From the IMG/VR virus record IMGVR_UViG_3300046772_000032, positions 1 through 32,768 of that record: a DNA stretch of 32,768 nt. The stretch is one strand, 5' to 3'. The translations under genes were made by a program, and so were the position numbers. The stretch comes from a virus. Lineage: Duplodnaviria > Caudoviricetes. The notes under the pieces are model-generated. The model was not told the DNA's origin. It saw nothing but the letters and a program-made list of their open reading frames with translations, and made no database searches. Below, in pieces: positions 18,279-25,980 of the stretch. Numbering within the stretch: position 1 is the first letter of the stretch; every line of letters begins with the position of its first letter.

Positions 18279-19127
18279 TTACCTCGAACTTTCTAATCGT
18301 TTAATTTCATCACTCAGATCAACTGTTAGTTGATCATAAAATCTTTTTGCTGCCAAAATAGTTTCTAATGTAGCAACACTGTGGTGTATTCCGCGCTCCA
18401 TACTCAAATCTGTTTTTGTTAATCTATTTTTGATTTGTGTTTTACGTTTTACAAATGAGTCTGTGAACGGAGATAAATTTAAATGGCAGACTGCCAAATC
18501 CTCTGTATGTAAACTCATATCCCAGAAATGTCTTCCAACTTTATATACAGAAGTTGAAAGATAGTCGACAGGATAGTTATGAATACTTCTCATCCATCTT
18601 GTATTCAACACAACCCCTTCTGGTTTTGTTTTATTGTGTAATTCAATACTTGTTCCATGATGCGGATGTGGAAAATCATTTCTATAATGAACACCATGAT
18701 GGCGTTGATCAAACAAAGGGATATTTGGGTCAGGTTCTACGTTTTCATTTTCAATTGCATCATTCATCAGATGACAGGGAATTAATACCTGTCGCGGTTC
18801 ATCAAATGAATCTAAACACGACAAATTACCGATTAAAAATTCAGTTGGATTTAAAGATGTAATCCAACTTCCTGGGAATTCATTAAGAAGATCCTTTTCA
18901 ATTTTAGAAAGAACAACATCCCACAAAAAAGTTCCAATTTCTTCTTGTGTTACTTTGTAGTATCTCCAATGAGGGGCATACTTTTTATACAAATCATAAG
19001 TGTTGTCTTCTTCGTTTCCAAGTCCAAAATCAACTACAACACCAAAATCAAATTTTTTGGCACTATGAGGCAACCACCATTGTAGTAAATATTGCTCTGT
19101 GTCAGTGCTTAATACTACGATCTTCAT
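18279..19127 (-). CDS. GT-A fold glycosyltransferase-like protein (GT2-related)
   Basis: EQYLLQWWLPH...FGVVVD N-terminus, WITSLNPTEFL in the DXD-equivalent position, GRH motif. Confidence 0.6.
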   Translation of the reverse strand: MKIVVLSTDTEQYLLQWWLPHSAKKFDFGVVVDFGLGNEEDNTYDLYKKYAPHWRYYKVTQEEIGTFLWDVVLSKIEKDLLNEFPGSWITSLNPTEFLIGNLSCLDSFDEPRQVLIPCHLMNDAIENENVEPDPNIPLFDQRHHGVHYRNDFPHPHHGTSIELHNKTKPEGVVLNTRWMRSIHNYPVDYLSTSVYKVGRHFWDMSLHTEDLAVCHLNLSPFTDSFVKRKTQIKNRLTKTDLSMERGIHHSVATLETILAAKRFYDQLTVDLSDEIKRLESSR

Positions 19128-19860
19128 ACATACCTCGTATTAAAACTTCTTCGCATTTATTCCAAAAACGTTCTTCTTGTCCTGGCATTCGAATTTGAAA
19201 ATTATGCCAGAACAAATCTCCGTTTTCATCGCCGTATGTTGTACCCATTCCATACTTCGGCATTCCGTCGGCAAGATCCCAGTATGGAGGCTGATTCCTT
19301 TCCCAATCATATCGTTGTGGGGGAGCATCATACCTCAATGGCAAAACCTTAAACACATCCACACCATTTGCCTCTGCAGCCCAAGTATATTCTTCCAATA
19401 CATCAGAACGTTCTGTTTCAAGTGCTGACGGTGCACCAATTTTAACATATGTTTCTTTGCTGATTGCAGAAGCAGAAGGAGCAGCAAATACATGTTGATT
19501 ATTTTGAAGATGATTTGTACGTTGGGCATTTCCAATAAGTTTACCTTGTAATGCAATTTTCGCATAGTATTCTAGCGCACGTTCACTCAAAGGAATACAG
19601 TCAGTATCAAGAACAATAACCACATCATGATCTAATTGTTTTGGGATATTTTTATCCTTTAAGACACCTGCTTTAATTCCATTTAAACCCCAGAAATAAT
19701 CTAGGAAAACACCATGCTTGACATCCATGCCAACGAAGAATTGATAGTGTGGATAATTATTTGGATTAAACTTCTGCACAACCTCGCGTTGCAATTCAAC
19801 TGTTTTACGATTGATGTTTGGCATTGACACCGAAACAACGCATGCATTTATTTTTTCCAT
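19102..19860 (-). CDS. Putative GT-A glycosyltransferase
   Basis: HG motif followed by VIVLDTDCIPL (DXD); flanked by two other glycosyltransferases. Confidence 0.6.
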   Translation of the reverse strand: MEKINACVVSVSMPNINRKTVELQREVVQKFNPNNYPHYQFFVGMDVKHGVFLDYFWGLNGIKAGVLKDKNIPKQLDHDVVIVLDTDCIPLSERALEYYAKIALQGKLIGNAQRTNHLQNNQHVFAAPSASAISKETYVKIGAPSALETERSDVLEEYTWAAEANGVDVFKVLPLRYDAPPQRYDWERNQPPYWDLADGMPKYGMGTTYGDENGDLFWHNFQIRMPGQEERFWNKCEEVLIRGMYEDRSIKH

Positions 19861-20591
19861 GGGAGTTTTCCTTTGTAAGATTCTGCCATTATCTTGTTGC
19901 CCTCAAGAAAAAATTCTTTCTTGACAGAAATGCCAGTACTACCAACTCTGTATCTTACAGTATAATCATTGTTGGTGTCAAACTTTAGATTGTTTTTATC
20001 GTGCATTAGAACTGCTGTCAGTGCACGATCGACTTCCATCACTCCTGGTTCTCTTGCTTTACGATTCCAGATTGGTGAAACAGAGACTGCAATATCTTTT
20101 CTAAGAAAGAAACAATTCACATCAACGAAATGATCATTGAGCACTGACTTCCATTTACCAAGACTCTCACAATCATCATTACAGATGACATTATCATTAT
20201 CATCGACAATCTTTCTAAGAGAGTACGCCCAATCTAATTTGTTCTCAGTCACAAGATTTACAAGACTCTCAACATGATTCGGTTCAATTGAATTGTCATC
20301 ATCAAGCCAGAAAACAAAATCGCCATTTGCAAGATATGTGAATGCTCCATAGATTCGATGCCCATTGAATCTATCTTTACCTGTTGAGTATGGGAGAACA
20401 ATCAAATTTTCTTGAGGATTATTTGCTGGGAATTCAACTGCAGTTAAGATTTCATCTGCATTGTTCCAATGTTCTTTCCCATCAATAACAACGATGTGCT
20501 CTATGTTTTTGTATGTCTGATTGCGAACAGATTCTATACAATTGGCGAGTTGTGGTTTGCCAATTGTTGCAGTGATAATTGAGACTTTCAT
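19848..20591 (-). CDS. Glycosyltransferase family 2
   Basis: KVSIITAT...CIESVRNQTYKNIEHIVVIDG...FWLDDDN...HVESL. Confidence 0.9.
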   Translation of the reverse strand: MKVSIITATIGKPQLANCIESVRNQTYKNIEHIVVIDGKEHWNNADEILTAVEFPANNPQENLIVLPYSTGKDRFNGHRIYGAFTYLANGDFVFWLDDDNSIEPNHVESLVNLVTENKLDWAYSLRKIVDDNDNVICNDDCESLGKWKSVLNDHFVDVNCFFLRKDIAVSVSPIWNRKAREPGVMEVDRALTAVLMHDKNNLKFDTNNDYTVRYRVGSTGISVKKEFFLEGNKIMAESYKGKLPWKK

Positions 20592-21337
20592 TGACTTCTC
20601 TTTTTACAAAATTCAATCACAGATGGGTCGTTCTTTTGATCTTTATATGGAGCATACAATGCGCGCTTTCTAGATTCAGCCTTGCTGTTTACATAACTCA
20701 AATAATATGTCGCAAGACTCTTTCTAGCAATATGTTCTGGACAGGTCAGTTCCTCTGGCAATCCGTGCCATGAATTTTGTGTTGTATCAAACAAGACTGC
20801 TCGATTAAATTTATTCTCAATTTTTGTTACACATTCTTTTGGCTGCTGCGTTTCTTCGTCATGACTCCAAAGTTCTAGACCACCACCCCACGAAGAGTCC
20901 CAATCAGGTGTCATGTAAATGATAAGATTGTAATTTCTCATCAGAGGAAGTTTAGGATGTAAAGAATAATCTTTGTGAACGTTTAGTTTGCCGCCACGAT
21001 TGTGAGAATGCATCCCACCACCATGTAATCCATAATCTGGAATGACAATTGAAGAAAGAGTAATTTGACTCAGAGTGCTTGCAAACTCTTGACTGCACAA
21101 ATAGAAAAGTGTTGAATAGATTGGTGCTGGAAATTTATCCCAATGCGAACAGGCTTTTTTCTTTTCTACAGGATTGTCATATGACACAGTCCATACAGAA
21201 TCATCATGCGCTGGAAAACTGCTGGCAATTGCATCAGCAGTTTCCTCAGTGAAGAAATCATCAATCACTACGTGACTGAATGGTTCTGCGTTTCTAAATT
21301 TGTTCCGCAGAGAAACATAGTCTAGGGTTCTTATCAT
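20588..21337 (-). CDS. 2OG-Fe(II) oxygenase (prolyl-hydroxylase-like)
   Basis: PFSHVVIDDF, LHGGGMH, LNVHKD (HxD), WGGGLELW, FNRAVLF, SWHG, RKS. Confidence 0.9.
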   Translation of the reverse strand: MIRTLDYVSLRNKFRNAEPFSHVVIDDFFTEETADAIASSFPAHDDSVWTVSYDNPVEKKKACSHWDKFPAPIYSTLFYLCSQEFASTLSQITLSSIVIPDYGLHGGGMHSHNRGGKLNVHKDYSLHPKLPLMRNYNLIIYMTPDWDSSWGGGLELWSHDEETQQPKECVTKIENKFNRAVLFDTTQNSWHGLPEELTCPEHIARKSLATYYLSYVNSKAESRKRALYAPYKDQKNDPSVIEFCKKRSQ

Positions 21338-21339
21338 TA

Positions 21340-21828
21340 TTAGTCCCAAAGATTTTCATAGTATTTCCCAAACAAACGAAAGGCATTCTTCTTTCGAGCA
21401 TGATATGCTTTCATCTTTTCCATATCATAAACTGGTTCAACAAGAGTCACTCTTTCACTCCAGTCTTCACCCTCTTTCTGTACCCACTTGTACTTGCCCT
21501 TCTTGATACAAAAAGTGGGGTCGCGATCTCGAGCAAGTTCACCAAACGCCCAGATCATTTCTTTCATGATCCAATCCCAACGCTTGAAGTGAAACTCGTC
21601 TGTATCCCATTCATTCTTCTTTGGCTTGGCATTGATGGAACGAAGATGCTCAGGAACATCGTCATCGTCAGTACATGGTGCACCATGATTGGTCTTGAGC
21701 AACTGCTTGAGCATCGGATGAACGATGAGTGCAAGTGTACGATCCATAGACCAAGTGTCCCATGGATCAATCTTAATTGATATTTTTTGCTCGCCCTTTT
21801 TAGGGTACTTACCAATCGAGACTTTCAT
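21340..21828 (-). CDS. Conserved phage hypothetical protein
   Basis: IKIDPWDTWSMDRTLALI...RWDWIMKEMIWAF...LFGKYYENLWD. Confidence 0.75.
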   Translation of the reverse strand: MKVSIGKYPKKGEQKISIKIDPWDTWSMDRTLALIVHPMLKQLLKTNHGAPCTDDDDVPEHLRSINAKPKKNEWDTDEFHFKRWDWIMKEMIWAFGELARDRDPTFCIKKGKYKWVQKEGEDWSERVTLVEPVYDMEKMKAYHARKKNAFRLFGKYYENLWD

Positions 21829-21938
21829 TTTGTTTTCTCATGAAGCCATGCAAATGCTTCACAGAGGAACTTCACCAGAAATATAATTCCGATGAACAAT
21901 CCACCTGCGAGCAACAAACCAAGAGCCAAATCAATCAT
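21825..21938 (-). CDS. 37-aa single-pass membrane peptide
   Basis: Hand translation MIDLALGLLLAGGLFIGIIFLVKFLCEAFAWLHEKTK; ATGA overlaps at both ends. Confidence 0.65.
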   Translation of the reverse strand: MIDLALGLLLAGGLFIGIIFLVKFLCEAFAWLHEKTK

Positions 21939-22027
21939 TTGGTTCTCTTTCGACGAGCCTTGCGTTTCTTAGATCCTAACTTTGCGCGACCCTTTCCAAA
22001 TCCTTTAGTTCCAGTTTTGGCTGGCAT
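21935..22027 (-). CDS. 30-aa highly basic peptide
   Basis: Hand translation MPAKTGTKGFGKGRAKLGSKKRKARRKRTK; AAGGTGG RBS; stop overlaps the next ATG. Confidence 0.65.
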   Translation of the reverse strand: MPAKTGTKGFGKGRAKLGSKKRKARRKRTK

Positions 22028-22035
22028 AAACCACC

Positions 22036-22347
22036 TTACATATCGTCTTCAGAAGTACCATTAAGTCCAAGTTCAAAATCATCAAAAAGATCTTTTTGCG
22101 CTTGTACAAATTTTTGATTTTTTACTGTGTCAAGCAATGAATATCGCTCGCGATTAAATTGCTCAAAGATTCGAAACAGTTTCTCGAACCTGATATTATA
22201 TAGTTGCTCTAGACCAATGAGCACATTACCAATCTGGTCTTTTGAGAGATTACCTTCAAGGATTTCTTCGCTCAAGTCTTTTAGATCACTGGTAATATTC
22301 CAGCAAGACATAATCTGCTGTTCATAATCAAATTGATCGTAACTCAT
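22036..22347 (-). CDS. Hypothetical protein
   Basis: 103 aa, GAGG RBS, FDYEQQIMSCWNITSDL N-terminus. Confidence 0.7.
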   Translation of the reverse strand: MSYDQFDYEQQIMSCWNITSDLKDLSEEILEGNLSKDQIGNVLIGLEQLYNIRFEKLFRIFEQFNRERYSLLDTVKNQKFVQAQKDLFDDFELGLNGTSEDDM

Positions 22348-22348
22348 A

Positions 22349-22669
22349 TTAACCTCTGCGCATTCTAGAAATATCTTTCATCTGCTCTTCGTCGATCACA
22401 GGCACTGCGTTGCTCTTATGCATCGTCGCAATACCTTTGACAAGAGTCCCTGTATACTTCAGACTCTCGCGTTTTTCGGTATACGCAAGATTGGTGTCAA
22501 GCGACTTCAACGAACGAGCAACATCAGCGCCAACGCGAGGACTATACTGTAATCTCGGCAATTCCTCAATTCCGAGAATTGCAGTGCTTCGGTTATACTT
22601 CTTTGCAACTACACCCTTTGCTTTACGCTTCTTCTTTGGCTTGAATCGAGCAGCGCAATAGATCATCAT
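22349..22669 (-). CDS. Conserved T4-like hypothetical protein
   Basis: C-terminal YTGTLVKGIATMHKSNAVPV...ISRMRR motif. Confidence 0.75.
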   Translation of the reverse strand: MMIYCAARFKPKKKRKAKGVVAKKYNRSTAILGIEELPRLQYSPRVGADVARSLKSLDTNLAYTEKRESLKYTGTLVKGIATMHKSNAVPVIDEEQMKDISRMRRG

Positions 22670-22860
22670 ACAGTTGTGGGGTACTTTTCAGAGTGGTATT
22701 GATAAAAGCGAGCAATCTCGCCAATCTTTTGGCGCACAGCATATGGCATGCTGTCAACATATGCGCTATCAAGCACAATTAATTCTCTAGAAAGGCGACG
22801 CATTTCACGAACTTCTTCCATCGTGCCAATCGGCATCACTTCAAAATCACCATCAGACAT
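22666..22860 (-). CDS. Hypothetical protein
   Basis: Probable start MSDGDF at 22860 with a GGAG RBS. Confidence 0.55.
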   Translation of the reverse strand: MSDGDFEVMPIGTMEEVREMRRLSRELIVLDSAYVDSMPYAVRQKIGEIARFYQYHSEKYPTTV

Positions 22861-22969
22861 TGCTCTTCTCCGTCGAACGTTTCCATCGTAAGTAATCAAC
22901 AAGGTGCCATGAAACATAATACAAAAGTGCAGTGTTGAATGTAATCATTGCAAGCAATAAGTATAACAT
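22853..22969 (-). CDS. 38-aa membrane peptide
   Basis: Hand translation MLYLLLAMITFNTALLYYVSWHLVDYLRWKRSTEKSNV; TAATG overlap with the upstream gene. Confidence 0.55.
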   Translation of the reverse strand: MLYLLLAMITFNTALLYYVSWHLVDYLRWKRSTEKSNV

Positions 22970-23190
22970 TAGACTTTCTCCACAAGTTTAGACAAAGTGT
23001 GATCAGCAATTTTGGCTCGAATCATCGAGGGAATATCGCTGTATGGATCCTCAAGAAAATAAGAACAACCATCTCTCCAACTATCATACTTCACAAACCT
23101 AGCAAAATCAAGCATGTGTTTCGGATTGCTAGGATCAAACGAGACTCTTGCTCTTGGAGCAAGCACAGAACGTCGATATTCATTCGTCAT
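22969..23190 (-). CDS. Hypothetical protein
   Basis: RVSFDPSNPKH...F.LEDPYSDIPSMI; start at 23190 with a GAGG RBS. Confidence 0.65.
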   Translation of the reverse strand: MTNEYRRSVLAPRARVSFDPSNPKHMLDFARFVKYDSWRDGCSYFLEDPYSDIPSMIRAKIADHTLSKLVEKV

Positions 23191-23362
23191 TTTTAGGTTC
23201 CTCTGCAAGATCATCGATGACTTCGAATCCCAATTCGATCAGACGATCCTCAACATATTTTGGTCGCACACCACGCAACTCTTCTTCCGTAAAGATTACG
23301 ACAGCGCAACCCATTGCCTCAAGTTCGCGACCCAACTCAACAATTCTTGCCATGTCAGTCAT
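23180..23362 (-). CDS. Hypothetical protein
   Basis: 60 aa; TAATG coupling and GGAG RBS. Confidence 0.65.
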   Translation of the reverse strand: MTDMARIVELGRELEAMGCAVVIFTEEELRGVRPKYVEDRLIELGFEVIDDLAEEPKNDE

Positions 23363-23595
23363 TAGTAATGCTCCGCATTGTAGTCAGCATCGTTCGGTTC
23401 AAACGTCAGATCATCATATGACACCATGTCAGTATCTGACTCATCATAATCAAGATCACCACGCTCATATGCTGCAAGAACATCATGAACTTGCGTCAGC
23501 GGAAGACCAAGAGACTTTGCAATCTCAACCTCTTTCATACCATCACTGTGGTACATATCAATGATGTCAATCTCTAAATCTTTGAAGTATCCCAT
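23362..23595 (-). CDS. Small acidic protein with a helix-turn-helix-like segment
   Basis: GMKEVEIAKSLGLPLTQVHDVL resembles an HTH; strongly acidic C-terminus. Confidence 0.6.
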   Translation of the reverse strand: MGYFKDLEIDIIDMYHSDGMKEVEIAKSLGLPLTQVHDVLAAYERGDLDYDESDTDMVSYDDLTFEPNDADYNAEHY

Positions 23596-23819
23596 TAGAA
23601 CGGCACTCCTTCAGGCAGTGGAATTTTATTCAACTCAGTTTGATACTTGCGGTCGCCAACAACCAAAAGAAGATTGCGAGCACGCTCAAGTTTTTCAGCA
23701 AGATCATAACAATCCTTCGCGCTCAGTTCATGCTGCGTCATCGTGTTTGCAAGAACATGATCAGCAGCATCCACTAGATCAATTGCTTCACTCAACAATG
23801 TTTCAGTTTGCTTTTTCAT
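23595..23819 (-). CDS. Hypothetical protein
   Basis: 74 aa; TAATG coupling at both ends. Confidence 0.65.
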   Translation of the reverse strand: MKKQTETLLSEAIDLVDAADHVLANTMTQHELSAKDCYDLAEKLERARNLLLVVGDRKYQTELNKIPLPEGVPF

Positions 23820-24070
23820 TAGGCAACCACCTGCACGCGAGGGAACATCATGTCATCCATGAAGTGATGACCAGGGAGCGGAGCGACAAAAGTGTCAGAT
23901 TTGAATCTTTTATCAACCTGACCAAGCCACACACGCTTAATAGTTTTGGCACGGAAAGTGCCGTCAGAAAGCACGGCAGTCACAAGACCAACCATGTAGC
24001 AATCATCATGACCAACGAAGTCAAGAGACTTGACCACGTCACCAATTTTCACAGTGTTTTCACATTTCAT
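23819..24070 (-). CDS. Hypothetical protein (SH3-like beta pattern), probably leaderless early gene
   Basis: VKIGDVVKSLDF...YMVGLV; ATG 6 nt after TATAAT. Confidence 0.7.
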   Translation of the reverse strand: MKCENTVKIGDVVKSLDFVGHDDCYMVGLVTAVLSDGTFRAKTIKRVWLGQVDKRFKSDTFVAPLPGHHFMDDMMFPRVQVVA

Positions 24071-24076
24071 AAGACT

Positions 24077-24140
24077 ATTATAGCACAGGGAGATGAAATT
24101 GACAACAGAAAAAACTCTTGTAAAATCAATAACTTACGAG
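24077..24140 (-). promoter_or_regulatory. Early sigma70-type promoter, copy 1, with upstream IHF-consensus box
   Basis: TTGTCA (24105-24100), 17 bp, TATAAT (24082-24077) preceded by TGc; AATCAAtaacTTA at 24124-24136 on the plus strand. Confidence 0.8.
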
Positions 24141-24308
24141 CACCTCTTGGAACACACGTTTTGCCTGTTCGAAAGTGGTGTCTTGGAGCACGATTTTGTT
24201 ACCAGTACTGCGGCATTCAATCTCATACATGTAATTTCCCACATGCCAGAGTGTGTGGCGAGCACCAAATTTGTCGTTTTCAGACATGATATAGTGATAC
24301 TGTTTCAT
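24126..24308 (-). CDS. Hypothetical protein, probably leaderless early gene
   Basis: 60 aa bracketed by the two promoter repeats; ATG 6 nt after the -10 box. Confidence 0.65.
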   Translation of the reverse strand: MKQYHYIMSENDKFGARHTLWHVGNYMYEIECRSTGNKIVLQDTTFEQAKRVFQEVLVSY

Positions 24309-24314
24309 ACAACA

Positions 24315-24378
24315 ATTCTCGCATAAAACACAGGAAATGACAACAGAAAAATCTCTTGTAAAATCAACAACTTACGAG
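24315..24378 (-). promoter_or_regulatory. Early sigma70-type promoter, copy 2, with upstream IHF-consensus box
   Basis: TTGTCA (24343-24338), 17 bp, GAGAAT (24320-24315) preceded by TGc; AATCAAcaacTTA at 24362-24374. Confidence 0.7.
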
Positions 24379-24415
24379 ATCCCGTATAACGAACGGAGAA
24401 GGTGCGAGAGCGGAG

Positions 24416-24907
24416 TTAAAATGGGGGTTCGGATAGGTCTGGGGGCAGGTCGAAATAGCGTATTCGGACTCCTGCTTCACGGAGCATCTGTTCGGCGTGA
24501 TCGATCGAATAGTGCTTCCCAGCACCAACGCCAGTCCATGGTCGGTTTGGTCCGATGACTTCCTTGATGCCTGCTTGAATCAATGCGCGTGTGCAATCAG
24601 CGCATGGCTTTGGTTCCCAATTTAGATATGCGCGTGAGTTGTTGAGCGAAACTCCAACGCGAGCAGCATTGAAGATTGCGTTGCGTTCAGCATGCTCAAC
24701 CCAGTGATACTTTTCTGGACGCTTCCAACGATCTTTCCAATCTTCTTCAATGCCGCGAGGGAATCCATTGAATCCAGTCGACAAGATGACGTTATCATCA
24801 TTGACGATTACACACCCCACCTTTGTCGACGGATCCTTGCTCTTCTGAGCGATCAGAGCAGCCTGTAAGATAAACAATTCATCCCACGAGAGTTCATCAC
24901 GAATCAT
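24416..24907 (-). CDS. cd: dCMP deaminase
   Basis: SKDPSTKVGC, TGFNGFPRG, HAERNAI, PCADC zinc motifs. Confidence 0.93.
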   Translation of the reverse strand: MIRDELSWDELFILQAALIAQKSKDPSTKVGCVIVNDDNVILSTGFNGFPRGIEEDWKDRWKRPEKYHWVEHAERNAIFNAARVGVSLNNSRAYLNWEPKPCADCTRALIQAGIKEVIGPNRPWTGVGAGKHYSIDHAEQMLREAGVRIRYFDLPPDLSEPPF

Positions 24908-24924
24908 AATATAGTTCTCAATGT

Positions 24925-25362
24925 TTACTTAATGGAAATCTTACGAGGCTTCTGTTCTTCAGGGATAACATTCTCAAGATAAACTGAAAGAATGCCATCA
25001 GTGAGAGCAGCATCACGAACCACTACTGTGTCAGACAAAACAAATTGGCGAGCAAATTGGCGACCAGCAATTCCCTTTACAAGATAATTGCGTTCGTCAG
25101 TTTCTACCTTTTTGCCTTTGATCTTTAGAGAGTTTTTCTCAGCCGTGATTTCAATCTCATCTTGCTTGTAACCAGCAACTGCTACTTCCACAATAAAATT
25201 GTATTCGTCTGTTTTGACGACGTTCACAGGTGGAAACGCTGTTTGCGATGCAGTTAGTAGATGAGCGGCATTATCAAGAGCAGCGAACGTATTTTCAAAC
25301 CCAAGAGCAGTTGGAAGAAGACGATCGAGTGATGCAGCCGTGAGTGTGGTGATATTAGTCAT
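24925..25362 (-). CDS. hsp20: Small heat shock protein (IbpA-like Hsp20)
   Basis: FPPVNV...EVAVAGY...YLVKGIAGRQFARQF...DGILSVYLE..IPEEQKPRKISI. Confidence 0.95.
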   Translation of the reverse strand: MTNITTLTAASLDRLLPTALGFENTFAALDNAAHLLTASQTAFPPVNVVKTDEYNFIVEVAVAGYKQDEIEITAEKNSLKIKGKKVETDERNYLVKGIAGRQFARQFVLSDTVVVRDAALTDGILSVYLENVIPEEQKPRKISIK

Positions 25363-25369
25363 ATTGTTA

Positions 25370-25427
25370 CTCCTTTAATAAGCAAGTATTGTTGTGGACC
25401 CCAAATGGGCATCCACCTTTATTTATA
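25370..25427 (-). promoter_or_regulatory. Late promoter TATAAATA plus structured hsp20 leader with a ROSE-like SD-occluding hairpin
   Basis: TATAAATA at 25427-25420; hairpin GTGGAtgCCC-ATTT-GGGgTCCAC (25416-25394); CTTGCTT-atta-AAGGAG (25386-25370). Confidence 0.7.
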
Positions 25428-25980
25428 CACCAGTTGAACCAAATCCTCCACCGCGCTCAGAATGCTTTTCTGGTTTTTTAGTGACAACAACAAAATGCGC
25501 AGGTTCATTACAAACAACTTCAGCCTGTGCAATTCTATCCCCTTTCTTGAGGACTTGACCCACACTAGAGATATTTGTCAATAGAACAAACACTTCTTCT
25601 TGGTAGTCAACATCAACAATGCCTTCTGAGTTTGCAAGAACGAGTCCTCGCTTGAGCGACAAACCAGATCTTGGGTGAAGACGAATGCTATAGTTTTGTA
25701 GTGGTGCGAATTCGCGAGAAACATCTGCGTATGTTTCAACAGTGATGTTTTGTTCAATCTTAAAAACTAATCCTGTCGGAATAAGTAAACGATCTCCAGG
25801 ATAAACAGAAATCTCACCATGTAAGTTCACATATTGTGAAATAGGATTGTTGTGTTTATCGTAACCCTTTACACTCTCTTCAGATGGTTGAAAGGAAAGA
25901 TCAAAACAATTTGCGAGTGATGTTCCATATGTCGGAAGGTCAAAGTCATCGCGAATCTTGTATAAATTCAATACGATCAT
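25423..25980 (-). CDS. dut: dUTPase (trimeric)
   Basis: ANCFDL, LIPTGL, PRSGLS, GIVDVDYQEE, GDRIAQ, RGGGFGSTG. Confidence 0.95.
   Translation of the reverse strand: MIVLNLYKIRDDFDLPTYGTSLANCFDLSFQPSEESVKGYDKHNNPISQYVNLHGEISVYPGDRLLIPTGLVFKIEQNITVETYADVSREFAPLQNYSIRLHPRSGLSLKRGLVLANSEGIVDVDYQEEVFVLLTNISSVGQVLKKGDRIAQAEVVCNEPAHFVVVTKKPEKHSERGGGFGSTGV

Larger units (their letters stand above)
24100..24378. repeat. 41-bp direct repeat, two copies (24100-24140 and 24338-24378), 39/41 identical
   Basis: TGACAACAGAAAAA(A/T)CTCTTGTAAAATCAA(T/C)AACTTACGAG. Confidence 0.95.

Noticed and set aside
24100-24378. Direct repeats as a mini CRISPR array or attachment sites
   Set aside because: There are only two copies about 200 bp apart with a gene between them, no cas or integrase gene, and promoter architecture explains them.
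24093-24558. Two plus-strand ORFs with similar N-termini (TTEKTLVKSITYE / TTEKSLVKSTTYE), suggesting paralogues
   Set aside because: The similarity is just the translation of the 41-bp promoter repeat on the non-coding strand.
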